Shown here one piece after another: positions 30,456 through 39,585 of a stretch of 64,000 nt of DNA. Source of the stretch: Candidatus Bathyarchaeia archaeon (GTDB taxonomy: Archaea > Thermoproteota > Bathyarchaeia > 40CM-2-53-6); assembly GCA_049513715.1 (NCBI GenBank), contig JBEKVV010000002.1:96001-160000 (forward strand), read 5' to 3'. Numbering within the stretch: the stretch's first letter is position 1; each line of letters opens with the position of its first letter. A program made the position numbers and the translations under genes. The notes under the pieces were generated by a model that ran no database searches, was not told the origin of the DNA, and saw nothing but the letters and a program-made list of their open reading frames with translations.

Positions 30456-31067
30456 TTATTTAGATTCCTCTTCTTCCAAGTATTTCTCTCCTGCTTGCAA
30501 ATGCGCAACGTATCCATCCAGTGATCTCACCGGCACTCGATTTCTATGTTCCCAAATATCCCTCGCGCATGCTTGGAGCATTGGAATCACATCAATTTTC
30601 AGAAAGAGATCAATGTTCTCGCGAGCCGCGGATCTTTTGTGGATTCTTACGATCTCGTCAAGTGCAATTATGAATTGAACTGAGATTCTTGCGATCTGAC
30701 GACCAACAAACTCTCTTAGACGAGTTGGATCGGACATGGTCTCAAGGGACTCATCAATACCCTTTTCTTCGTTGGTTTGGTGTGTCCATTTGTTTATGTC
30801 ATCTATCCTGTTTCTGTAAGCAGTCTCGAATGCTCTTCTGCCTTCTACGGCAGGAATCTCGTGACTTGGGTTCGCTCTGTAGAATCCATCCTCTTGTAGC
30901 ACATATCCGTTGCCAACCAGTAGTTTCAGGTATTTGGCTAACGTCGGCTTGCTGATGCCCGAGCGTCGCCATATTTCTGACCACCTAATGCCCGGCTTCT
31001 CCTCAGACAGTAGGTTTAGGATTCGACTTGGGTACTGACCTTCAATTGCATATCCTTTTCTTGCCAC
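30456..31067 (-). CDS. Winged-helix transcriptional regulator
   Basis: RILNLL....GIRWSEI....GISKPTLAKYLK.L...G.V....G.Y. Confidence 0.78.
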   Translation of the reverse strand: MARKGYAIEGQYPSRILNLLSEEKPGIRWSEIWRRSGISKPTLAKYLKLLVGNGYVLQEDGFYRANPSHEIPAVEGRRAFETAYRNRIDDINKWTHQTNEEKGIDESLETMSDPTRLREFVGRQIARISVQFIIALDEIVRIHKRSAARENIDLFLKIDVIPMLQACARDIWEHRNRVPVRSLDGYVAHLQAGEKYLEEEESK

Positions 31068-31148
31068 GAATATGCCCTCAATGGTTTAATTTACTATCAG
31101 TTAATTTAATCTAACCCTTTATATGTATTTGGTTCATTTAATCGAACC

Positions 31149-31418
31149 ATGCAAGAGCTTGTGGAGAAGAAGCTATGCGGTGCTTGCGGACGAGTTATTC
31201 TGCGGAACCTGTTCTATCTGAACGACTTTGCTTATCACTACGGCTGTGCCAAGAATACTGAGCAATTCGGACGTACTATTGCAACATGCCTAAGTTGCTT
31301 CAGCCATATTACTGCTGAAAATCTCGTGACTTGTGAATTTGGTGATCATAAGTCACGGGTTTGCGGGTTTTGTGGAAGTCTACAACTCCTACTCCGCGCA
31401 ATTCCGAAGCGCGATTAG
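31149..31418 (+). CDS. Zinc-finger protein
   Basis: CGACG, HYGC, CLSC, CGFCG; TTTTATAT and GGTTC-N8-GAACC upstream. Confidence 0.65.
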   Translation: MQELVEKKLCGACGRVILRNLFYLNDFAYHYGCAKNTEQFGRTIATCLSCFSHITAENLVTCEFGDHKSRVCGFCGSLQLLLRAIPKRD

Positions 31419-31421
31419 GCG

Positions 31422-32057
31422 GTGACGAACGTGGAGAGCCGTGAATTGCACGATCTGAGGATGGATACGGCCTCAACTCTGGACATACTCAGAGAGACAA
31501 AATGTCACATGGTTCAAAGAGCTGAAGAAGAAGTGATTTCGAAGCTGCCGTCACCCTCTCGTCTCGCGCCGATGCTGGTCTGTCTTGCATTCATACCCAA
31601 AGCCTTCCCATTGGAGAGCAGGCGTATCTTCGAGATCCTTCATCGACTTGCGTTCCTAGGCGGGGTCAAAGAACTCGTAGAGAACCACGGCTGTTTACTT
31701 CCGCCTCAAGGATTTGAGAAAAGGATTGGAAATGGTGTAATGGATGGTGAGCTTGTAGACCCCTCTGGTAATTCTGTCACGCTTGAGGCCACCGGAGCAG
31801 ATAGGATAAAGATCCAGAAAATCATTCAAGCCTGCCTCTACAAACCCAATGCGGAAAGGAGTGTTTGGGTCTCTTCAATTAGCGAGACAATGGAATGCCC
31901 GCGTTTCCTCATCCGAGCGATAAACGCAAAAGCCTCCGAACTTGTGGCCTTCAAGAATCAATATCCCCAGCTTGCTTCGCGTCTCCAAATGCCTCACCCA
32001 GACGTTTGCCCGCTATGCGACAATAGTGCGTGTCCAAACTGGAAACCTAGACAATAG
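31422..32057 (+). CDS. Hypothetical protein, possible PD-(D/E)XK-like fold with C-terminal Cys motif
   Basis: MDG.L........LEAT; CPLC...C. Confidence 0.5.
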   Translation: MTNVESRELHDLRMDTASTLDILRETKCHMVQRAEEEVISKLPSPSRLAPMLVCLAFIPKAFPLESRRIFEILHRLAFLGGVKELVENHGCLLPPQGFEKRIGNGVMDGELVDPSGNSVTLEATGADRIKIQKIIQACLYKPNAERSVWVSSISETMECPRFLIRAINAKASELVAFKNQYPQLASRLQMPHPDVCPLCDNSACPNWKPRQ

Positions 32058-32336
32058 GGAGGTGAAACAACCACGCAAGAACACTTCGACGTGTACACCC
32101 ATGAACGCTACGAGGTCTGCGAAACATGCGGCAACCCCCTCTCAAAGGATGATGATTCAGAAACATGCCAAACATGCGGGCATGAATTACTACCACCATA
32201 ACCACATTTCTCGGAGACTTCACACATAGCGAATCAACAAGAGTAATCACGTAATTACCTGCTGGAAGCTAGGTGGATCCTGGGTTAAGGCCACGAAGTA
32301 CAGTGCGGGCCACTGGCGCATACCACACCTAACCCC

Positions 32337-32903
32337 TTAAGGTAGAGTGTTCAGTAATCTTTTTAACTGTTTAAAATCTTCTTCCATCACCTGCCTCAAG
32401 CTGGCAGTGTAGAGGGCGGCGGCTGGATGGTACATGGGAAAGTAGGTTATGGGCCCTTCATCGAAGGGTATCCCGTGCAATCCTGTGACAGATTTCTCCG
32501 AATCGATGAATGCTCGGATGGCGGAGTTGCCCATTGGGCAGACAACTTGGGGTCGGATTAAGACAACCTGCCGGTCTAAGTACGGCCTGCAAGCGGTTGT
32601 TTCGTCTTTTCTAGGAGGCCTGTTGTTTGGCGGCCTGCATTTGACAACGTTGGTGATATAGACATCTTCGCGTTTCAGGTTAATTGATCCCAGAAGCTCT
32701 GTGAGGAGTCTTCCAGCCGCACCAACAAACGGGCGACCTTGGATGTCCTCTTCCCCACCGGGGGCCTCGCCCACAAACATCACCTTGGCCTTCTTGGCTC
32801 CTTCACCGGGGACGGCGTTCTTTCTTGTCTCGCAGAGCCGGCACTTCGTACAAGCATTTACCTCCGCTGCCACTACTTCAAGCGAATCTTCCGTCCGAAC
32901 CAA
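32337..32903 (-). CDS. udg: Uracil-DNA glycosylase family 4 (Fe-S)
   Basis: CTKC, GEAPG, PFVG.AG, N.VKCRPP.NR, YHPAA; start set at TTG 32903. Confidence 0.95.
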   Translation of the reverse strand: MVRTEDSLEVVAAEVNACTKCRLCETRKNAVPGEGAKKAKVMFVGEAPGGEEDIQGRPFVGAAGRLLTELLGSINLKREDVYITNVVKCRPPNNRPPRKDETTACRPYLDRQVVLIRPQVVCPMGNSAIRAFIDSEKSVTGLHGIPFDEGPITYFPMYHPAAALYTASLRQVMEEDFKQLKRLLNTLP

Positions 32904-33001
32904 CTCTCCCCGGCACTGACGAGTTGATTCCTTGCGGGCAACGCACTGTATATATGTCTCTTTTCGCTTCACCAAGCGAACTCAATTCAAGGGACAGTTC
33001 A

Positions 33002-33166
33002 ATGCCCATTACTGATGTCGTGAAGAAGCAACTCGCGCAAAAGATTAGGTTGCATTACAAAGTCTGCAGGGACTGTGGCGCACGAAACCCAGGCCCCTCA
33101 AGCCGATGCAGGAAATGCCACGGCCACAACCTTAGATGGAAGAAACGCGAACTCGGCGCCAAGTAG
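33002..33166 (+). CDS. rpl40e: 50S ribosomal protein L40e
   Basis: MPITD...KVCRDCGARNP....CRKC...NLRWKKRE. Confidence 0.95.
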   Translation: MPITDVVKKQLAQKIRLHYKVCRDCGARNPGPSSRCRKCHGHNLRWKKRELGAK

Positions 33167-33305
33167 GTTTAGGGTTCCTTGAGGTTCTTAATGCTGGCAG
33201 CGTGGCCAGCATCCCACCCGCACCCCGCACTCAAAGGTCAGGGTTCGAATTGTTTACTGGGTGACGATGCATAGAGAAACGCCGAATCGAGGGGTCTAGA
33301 GTTTA

Positions 33306-33545
33306 ATGGTCGATCTTCGAAAATTGTCTGAACAGATTCTTGATTTCTTCCACAAAGAGGATGAGAGGCGAGGCCGACTGAATATTCACATAGCTACGTT
33401 GTACAAGGCCTTCGAGAAAGAAGCTCCGTACGAAGTGATTCAACGCGCAATAGCGTTCTTGGTAGATAGAGATCTCATCGCACCGTCCAGCTACGGCCTT
33501 ACCGCCAAAGGCAGACGAGTACATGGCTTGAGACGAAAGGTCTAG
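33306..33545 (+). CDS. Small winged-helix-like hypothetical protein
   Basis: I.RAI.FLVDRDLI....YGLTAKGR. Confidence 0.6.
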   Translation: MVDLRKLSEQILDFFHKEDERRGRLNIHIATLYKAFEKEAPYEVIQRAIAFLVDRDLIAPSSYGLTAKGRRVHGLRRKV

Positions 33546-33694
33546 GATTCTGTCGGATGCGATTGCCCATTTCCGCCGAATAATATCGCCGAATCAATAG
33601 GAAGAGAAGCTAAGCTTTCCTACTCGAATCTCAGAACCGCAATTACGAGGCCAAACAATAATCAAAACGGGGAAGGAATCGTGGGCTAAGCCGC

Positions 33695-33994
33695 CTACGC
33701 GATTCCCATTTGGGCCTTGGCTTCTTCACTCATCTTGTCTGGGCTCCAAGGCGGGTCGAAAACTAAGCTTACTTCAGCGTCCTTAATGCCATTCAACGCC
33801 TTCAGCTTCGCCTTGACCTCATCAGCAATCATCCCACCCATCATGCAGCCCGGCGCGGTCAGGGTCATTTTGACCCCCACTTTCTCGCCGTCAATGTTGA
33901 TGTCGTAAACCAGGCCTAAGTCCCAGATGTTGAGAGGAATCTCTGGGTCGTAACAATCCTTCAATACGGTAATGACTTCGTCTTTCGTAACCAT
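33695..33994 (-). CDS. DUF59/SufT-like Fe-S assembly protein
   Basis: DPEIPLNIWDLGLVY, MTLTAPGC, FDPPW. Confidence 0.93.
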   Translation of the reverse strand: MVTKDEVITVLKDCYDPEIPLNIWDLGLVYDINIDGEKVGVKMTLTAPGCMMGGMIADEVKAKLKALNGIKDAEVSLVFDPPWSPDKMSEEAKAQMGIA

Positions 33995-34119
33995 ACTACT
34001 ATTCACCCCCACGATTCGGCCTTTGCTTTCTCCTACGGTGGAACTCCGCGTCTTCCTTACCTATTAATCTTAGTTTGAACTCGCGGCAAGTCGGATATCC
34101 GAATGGGGTACCCTTATTG

Positions 34120-35286
34120 CTACTTCTGCTTCGACCATGCTATTGGCATGGCTCCGGGAATTGGTTCAAGCAGTTTCGCTGCGTTAACCCTGACCGCGCT
34201 GGTTATTTCCTCGAATAACGGGTTCACGTAGTCCTCAATCTTCCCCGCGTCTGCTAGCCTCGCGATTTCAGGGTCTATTGGAATGGCGCCCAGGTACGGA
34301 ATTCCCGCTTTCTTTGCTGCTTCTTGGGCTTTGCTTGGGCCGAAGATTTCGGTTTTCCATCCACAGTGTGGGCAGATGGCGTAGCTCATGTTCTCCATCA
34401 AACCCAGAATCTTTACCGCGGCGAGTTGTTCGCTAAGTGTTTTGGCCATGTTGATTGCTTTCCCAACCACCATCAACGCCAAATCCTGCGGGGTCGTCAC
34501 CACGATCACTCCCTGCAATGGGAGTGATTGGAAAACAGTAAGCGGGGCATCAGACGTTCCCGGAGGGAGATCTACCAGCAGGAAGTGTAGCTCTCCCCAT
34601 TCTATGTCTTGAAACATTTGGCGGATGACGCTGTTGATGATTGGGCCGCGGACTATGACGGGCATTTGCGGTTCCTCGAGAATTAGGTTCATTGAGACGA
34701 CCTTGATTCCCAATCGGCTCGCTGCTGGTAAGACGTGTTTGTCCGCTGTGACGAAGAGCGGGCCTTTGAGGCCAAACATCTTCGCTATGCTGGGCCCAGT
34801 TATGTCCGCATCAAGAATTCCAACCTTGTACCCCAGCCGTGTCAGCTGAACAGCTAGAAATCCTGTCACGAAGGACTTACCTACTCCGCCCTTTCCAGAC
34901 ATGATAGCGACGACATTTCGGATGCCTTTCCTCTCTAGGCGGTTGATGCCAGGAGGCATACCCGATCCAGTAGCTGGCGCTTGTCCTTTTTGCGCGGCCA
35001 TCCCAGACTGAATCTTAACACGAAGTTCCTCAAGCTCCTGCTTGGTCATGACTGTTGTATCGACGTCTACGTGCTTGATCCCAGGTACCGTCAGCAGGGT
35101 CTTCTCAATGTCGCCAGAAATTGTTTTGGAAAGGGGGCATCCGCCAACAGTTAGGGCCACCTGGACTTTGACCTTGTCGGCTTCGATGTCGACCTTCTTG
35201 ACCATTTGGAGGTTGACTATCGAGATGTGAAGTTCTGGGTCCATGACGTCCTTCAGTTTCGCCATGACCTCGTCTTTTGAAACCAC
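34120..35286 (-). CDS. Mrp/ApbC/Nbp35 Fe-S carrier ATPase with N-terminal DUF59
   Basis: DPEL..TV.GCP, SGKGGVGKS, DLPPGTSD, ENMS..CPHC. Confidence 0.95.
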   Translation of the reverse strand: MVSKDEVMAKLKDVMDPELHISIVNLQMVKKVDIEADKVKVQVALTVGGCPLSKTISGDIEKTLLTVPGIKHVDVDTTVMTKQELEELRVKIQSGMAAQKGQAPATGSGMPPGINRLERKGIRNVVAIMSGKGGVGKSFVTGFLAVQLTRLGYKVGILDADITGPSIAKMFGLKGPLFVTADKHVLPAASRLGIKVVSMNLILEEPQMPVIVRGPIINSVIRQMFQDIEWGELHFLLVDLPPGTSDAPLTVFQSLPLQGVIVVTTPQDLALMVVGKAINMAKTLSEQLAAVKILGLMENMSYAICPHCGWKTEIFGPSKAQEAAKKAGIPYLGAIPIDPEIARLADAGKIEDYVNPLFEEITSAVRVNAAKLLEPIPGAMPIAWSKQK

Positions 35287-35405
35287 TGTTCTATTCCTCG
35301 AGCTTTCCGGACACAGGAAAAGCGTGCCATATTAATCGTTGTTCGATGCGTGTACTCTGGAAATGGTGTCTGTTGGATGATTAACGTAACATTCTGGTTC
35401 GGGTT

Positions 35406-36725
35406 TTAGGGGAGCAGTCGTTCTGGTGTTCTTGGGAAGAGTGTTGTTTCCCTCACGTTTTCTTTGCCCAAGAAGCTCATGGTGAACCTCTCTATTCCTA
35501 GGCAAAAGCCGCCGTGTGGTGGGACACCGAATTTGAAGGGCTCGGTGAACCATTTCATGCCTTCAGGGTTCACGTTCTTCTCTTTCATTTGCTCCATGAT
35601 TTTCTCGTGCCGGTGTTCCCTCTGTCCGCCTGAAGATTGTTCAACGTCTCTGTAGACGAGGTCTACGCTTCGTGCCCATTGTGGGTCGTCGTCTACGCGC
35701 ATTACGTAGAAGGGTTTCACTTTGAAGGGGAACCTGTTGATGAAGAAAATCTCAGCACTGTGTTTCTCTTTGACGTATTTACAGAGGATTTTTTCTCCTT
35801 CCTTATCGATGTCGTTACCGTAAGGAATCTTCTTTCCGTACTCCTCGAGGATTTTGTAGATTTCTGGGAATCTCAATTCAGGAAAGGGTGTGCTTGGGAT
35901 CTCTGGTGCTACATGCGCTCGTTCCAGTTGACCGGAGCATTCGTCCTTTACCTTCGTCATTGCTGCAACGATGAGCTCCTCCTCAACTCGCATCATGTCT
36001 GTTTCGTTGTTCATGAATCCGAACTCCACGGCCATGCCCCTGTGCTCGCAGAGGTGTTGGGTTGTGTGGGATTGTTCGGCTCTCCAATTTGGCCCAAGGT
36101 CGTAGACTTTGTCAAAGCCTGCAGCGATGCACAATTGTCTGTGTAATTGTGGGTCTTGTCTGAGGAATGCTTCTTTGCCGAAATAGTCAGTTTTGAAAAC
36201 TTCTGAACCTCCCTCCGATGTTCCGCCCAGGAGGCATGGGGTGAATACTTGCATGTACCCGTGTTTGTTCAGGTACTCAACCATTCCCTCCACGAGTTTC
36301 GATTGTATTTGGAATATTGCGAGGTTCTCTCTTCTTCTAAGGTCGATTACTCGCCAATCAAGGCGTGCGTCAAGGTTTGACTCAATATTACCGGAAATGT
36401 CTAGAGGTGCTGCTGCTTGGGCTTTCACAATCAATTCAATTTTGGTTGGAGTTATTTCGGCGCCAACCTTCGCGATTCGCTCCTTCACCGGTATGCCTTC
36501 GACGGCGATGACATCCTCTTTTCCTAGTGTCCCGGATTCCTTGAGAATTTCCGGGGTTGCCTTTGATTTGATAACGGTAACTTGCGCAACGCCATGACTG
36601 TCCCTGAGCAAAATGAAACGTGCCTTTGCCAGGTCCCTTATGTCATGGACCCAACCTGCAAGCACGATCTTCTCTTCTTTTGCGCCTTCAATCTCGTCTG
36701 TGTAGTGTGTTCGTTTGAGCGTCAA
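35406..36725 (-). CDS. aspS: Archaeal-type aspartate--tRNA ligase
   Basis: AGWVH.IRD, RLDWR.IDLR, SEGG, SGGQREH, PPHGG..LGIER, FPR.P.RL.P. Confidence 0.9.
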   Translation of the reverse strand: MTLKRTHYTDEIEGAKEEKIVLAGWVHDIRDLAKARFILLRDSHGVAQVTVIKSKATPEILKESGTLGKEDVIAVEGIPVKERIAKVGAEITPTKIELIVKAQAAAPLDISGNIESNLDARLDWRVIDLRRRENLAIFQIQSKLVEGMVEYLNKHGYMQVFTPCLLGGTSEGGSEVFKTDYFGKEAFLRQDPQLHRQLCIAAGFDKVYDLGPNWRAEQSHTTQHLCEHRGMAVEFGFMNNETDMMRVEEELIVAAMTKVKDECSGQLERAHVAPEIPSTPFPELRFPEIYKILEEYGKKIPYGNDIDKEGEKILCKYVKEKHSAEIFFINRFPFKVKPFYVMRVDDDPQWARSVDLVYRDVEQSSGGQREHRHEKIMEQMKEKNVNPEGMKWFTEPFKFGVPPHGGFCLGIERFTMSFLGKENVRETTLFPRTPERLLP

Positions 36726-36828
36726 GGGCAGCCTTTCCGCTTAACGTTCGAGGCTGGCGCTATTAACTAGATATGTCAGGCGACGTTCGGTAATTGTGGT
36801 TGCGAGGATTCTTCCGCGGTATGCTGCG

Positions 36829-37689
36829 TTACTTTAGCAGTTTCGCGATTTCCCCGGGTCTAAGAGCAATCTTCACACCAGCATCTCGTAGTGATTGGAT
36901 CTTTGTTTCAGCCGTACCTGCTTTTCCAGTGATGATGGCGCCTGCGTGGCCCATTCGTTTTCCTGGTGGTGCAGCTCGTCCAGCAACGTAAGCCGCGATC
37001 GGCTTAGGGTATTTCGTTTTCTTGACATACTCCGCTGCCATCTCTTCAGCGTTGCCGCCGATTTCACCGATCATGGCGATTGCTTTCGTCTGAGTGTCAA
37101 TCCTGAACATCTCGAGGACGTCGACAAAGTTCAACCCCACGACTGGGTCGCCTCCGATACCGAGGCATGTGGACTGCCCGAGGCCTGCGTTAGTTAGGCT
37201 TGCGGCTATCTCGTAAGTTAACGTTCCACTTCTGGATACGAGGCCAATCTTACCGGGTTTGAATATGTGCCCAGGCATGATGCCGAGCTTGCATTCGGAA
37301 GGAGTAATGATGCCTGGCGTGTTCGGACCGATGATCGTTGTGCCTTTGAGCTTGGCCACCTGCATGATTTGAATCTCGTCTTTGACTGGTATTCCCTCGG
37401 TGATCACGATTATTGGGTTTAGGTCAGCTGCTATCGCCTCGAGCACCGGGTCCTTCGCGAAGGGGGCCGGAACGAAAACGATGGAAGCGTTCACACCGAA
37501 CTTGTCCTTCGCCTCCTGGACGGTATCGAAAACTGGGAGCCCTTGAGACGTCGTTCCTCCCTTTCCGGGTGTAACGCCTGCAGCGATCTTGGTACCGTAT
37601 TCAAGCATGAGTTGCGTGTGGTAGCTTCCCTGTCCTCCAGTAATGCCTTGCACTATTGCCTTCGTTTCTTTTCCAACTAGAATTGGCAT
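36829..37689 (-). CDS. sucD: Succinyl-CoA synthetase alpha subunit
   Basis: QGITG, GVTPGKGG, GPNTPG, SRSGTLTYE, RMGHAGA. Confidence 0.96.
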   Translation of the reverse strand: MPILVGKETKAIVQGITGGQGSYHTQLMLEYGTKIAAGVTPGKGGTTSQGLPVFDTVQEAKDKFGVNASIVFVPAPFAKDPVLEAIAADLNPIIVITEGIPVKDEIQIMQVAKLKGTTIIGPNTPGIITPSECKLGIMPGHIFKPGKIGLVSRSGTLTYEIAASLTNAGLGQSTCLGIGGDPVVGLNFVDVLEMFRIDTQTKAIAMIGEIGGNAEEMAAEYVKKTKYPKPIAAYVAGRAAPPGKRMGHAGAIITGKAGTAETKIQSLRDAGVKIALRPGEIAKLLK

Positions 37690-37691
37690 TT

Positions 37692-38837
37692 TCACTTCAC
37701 CTTGGCCGCTAATTCCACGGCCTTTGCCGCTGCATCCTCCATCGTATTTAGAGAAGGAATGTTGGCGGCCGCGAGTATCTTCTGCCCTTCCTTTTCATTG
37801 GTGCCTACTAGGCGTATTACCATGGGTTTTGTTATGCCCATTCTCTTCTGAATATCTAGAATGGCGTTCGCGACGTCGTCGCATCGTGTGATGCCGCCCA
37901 TTATGTTGATGAAAAGCACTTTGACTTTAGGGTTGGCGAGCACAATTTCCAATGCTGCCGCAGTTCTAGCTTCATCTGCCCCCCCGCCTACATCGCAGAA
38001 GTTTGCGGCCTTGCCTTTGCAATCCAATATCATGTCCAATGTCGCCATTACCAGCCCCGCACCATTCCCAATAATCCCAACATCGCCGTCAAGCTCAACA
38101 TACGCGAGCCCCTTCTCTCGGGCCTTCACCTCGAGTGGGGTCATGTCTGGTTCGAATGTCTTCATGCGTTCCAAGAACTTGGGGTGCCTGAAGAGTGAGT
38201 TGTCGTCGACGAGAATGCGCAGGTCCGCGCAGACCAGGTCGCCGCTCTCAGTTTCGATGAGCGGGTTGGACTCGATCAGCTCCGCGTCGAGGTCTAACGT
38301 TATTTGGAATAGCTTGCCGATGACCGACATTACCTGTCCCATCTGCTTTCCTGAGTACCCAAGTTGTTTGGCAACCATTCGACTTTCGAATTCCCGCAAA
38401 CCGAACAGAGGGTCGATCTTGCGGCGGATTATTTTCTCAGGATGTGCTCCGGCAACCTGTTCGATGTCAACTCCACCCTCAGTTGAACATAGAATCGTGT
38501 AGCACCGTGAAGCACGGTCTACTACAATGCTGACATACCGTTCATGCTTGCTGGCCAGTCTCTGTTCGACAAGAACCTTTGCAACTTTCTCGCCCTTTAT
38601 TGACATTGAGAGCAGGGATTGAGCAACCTGAGCTGCCTCGTCACTGCTTGAGGCAGGCTTGATTCCTCCGGCCTTTCCGCGCCCAGCAACGAGAACCTGA
38701 GCCTTCACCATGGAAGGTTGGTTCAATTTCGAGAAGGCGTCTTTCGCCTCTTGAGGAGTTGAGGCAACGAAGCCCTTCGGGACTGGTAGGCCGTACTCTT
38801 GTGCTATTTGTTTGGCTTCATATTCGAACAGTTTCAA
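37692..38837 (-). CDS. sucC: Succinyl-CoA synthetase beta subunit
   Basis: MKLFEYEAK, KAQV..GRGKAGG, GNGAGLVMATLD, GGITRCD, RL.GTN. Confidence 0.96.
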   Translation of the reverse strand: MKLFEYEAKQIAQEYGLPVPKGFVASTPQEAKDAFSKLNQPSMVKAQVLVAGRGKAGGIKPASSSDEAAQVAQSLLSMSIKGEKVAKVLVEQRLASKHERYVSIVVDRASRCYTILCSTEGGVDIEQVAGAHPEKIIRRKIDPLFGLREFESRMVAKQLGYSGKQMGQVMSVIGKLFQITLDLDAELIESNPLIETESGDLVCADLRILVDDNSLFRHPKFLERMKTFEPDMTPLEVKAREKGLAYVELDGDVGIIGNGAGLVMATLDMILDCKGKAANFCDVGGGADEARTAAALEIVLANPKVKVLFINIMGGITRCDDVANAILDIQKRMGITKPMVIRLVGTNEKEGQKILAAANIPSLNTMEDAAAKAVELAAKVK

Positions 38838-39069
38838 TTTTAGTCAACGCTCGCGTGACGAATCGGCCTTAGACTGTTCAGTTCAGTAATAAAACAGTCG
38901 CCGAATTTTCGCAGTCACAATTGATTGCCCGCGCCCGAAGTTTGGTGAAGAAGCGGCGTTTGAAATGCATCATCTTCAAATAGGCTGGGGACCTCGTGCT
39001 CAAACATAGCGCGGGTACCAGAGCGCTCGGTTGAAGGGCTGTCCCGGGAAACAGATAAGATGAGACCGA

Positions 39070-39585
39070 ATGGTAAAGACGATATTAGACGCTTTCTGCG
39101 TGAAGTCCGGCATACTCTGCAGACGTTGCGAGGAGAAACTGGACAAGGGCCAAATCACAGAGCTGGACTTGAAGGTTATTCAGAGAATTGTGGAACTTGA
39201 GAAAGAGAACCCCGTGCTTGAAGACGTGACTTACCACAGGGCCGTTGAGGCCGATGACATGATGGTTGTCCTTGTCGACAAGAAGGACATGCCGAAATTG
39301 TTGGGTGGGGGAGCGAAGGTGGTTAGGGATCTCAGTGAGACATTCGGGAAGAGAGTGAAGCTCATCAGTTTCGGTGGTGACGACCGGGGATTCCTCGAAG
39401 ACCTCTTCAGCCCATTATCGATTCTCACGATAAACACAATTTGGATTCCGGATGGCACGACGGAGACGAAGGTCATCTTGACTGGGAGAGAGCCGAGGAA
39501 TATGCCTGTGAACTTGGACATGGTGCGCAAGATTGCCCAAGATTTGAAGGGCATGACGCTTCGCGTTGAATTCGAGCGCAATTAG
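39070..39585 (+). CDS. Archaeal NusA-like KH-domain protein
   Basis: FC.KSGILC..C, LLG.G.K, LF.P..I..IN.IW.PDG. Confidence 0.8.
   Translation: MVKTILDAFCVKSGILCRRCEEKLDKGQITELDLKVIQRIVELEKENPVLEDVTYHRAVEADDMMVVLVDKKDMPKLLGGGAKVVRDLSETFGKRVKLISFGGDDRGFLEDLFSPLSILTINTIWIPDGTTETKVILTGREPRNMPVNLDMVRKIAQDLKGMTLRVEFERN

Larger units (their letters stand above)
18810..32300. mobile_element. Integrative element / genomic island (boundaries approximate)
   Basis: Tyrosine integrase at left end followed by >20 small hypothetical, wHTH, RHH and Zn-finger genes between two housekeeping genes; no att repeats found. Confidence 0.75.

Noticed and set aside
32281..32340. Resemblance to a pistol ribozyme 5' end (TGGGTTAAGGCCACG)
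   Set aside because: P1 would be only 3 bp and the remaining conserved core is absent.
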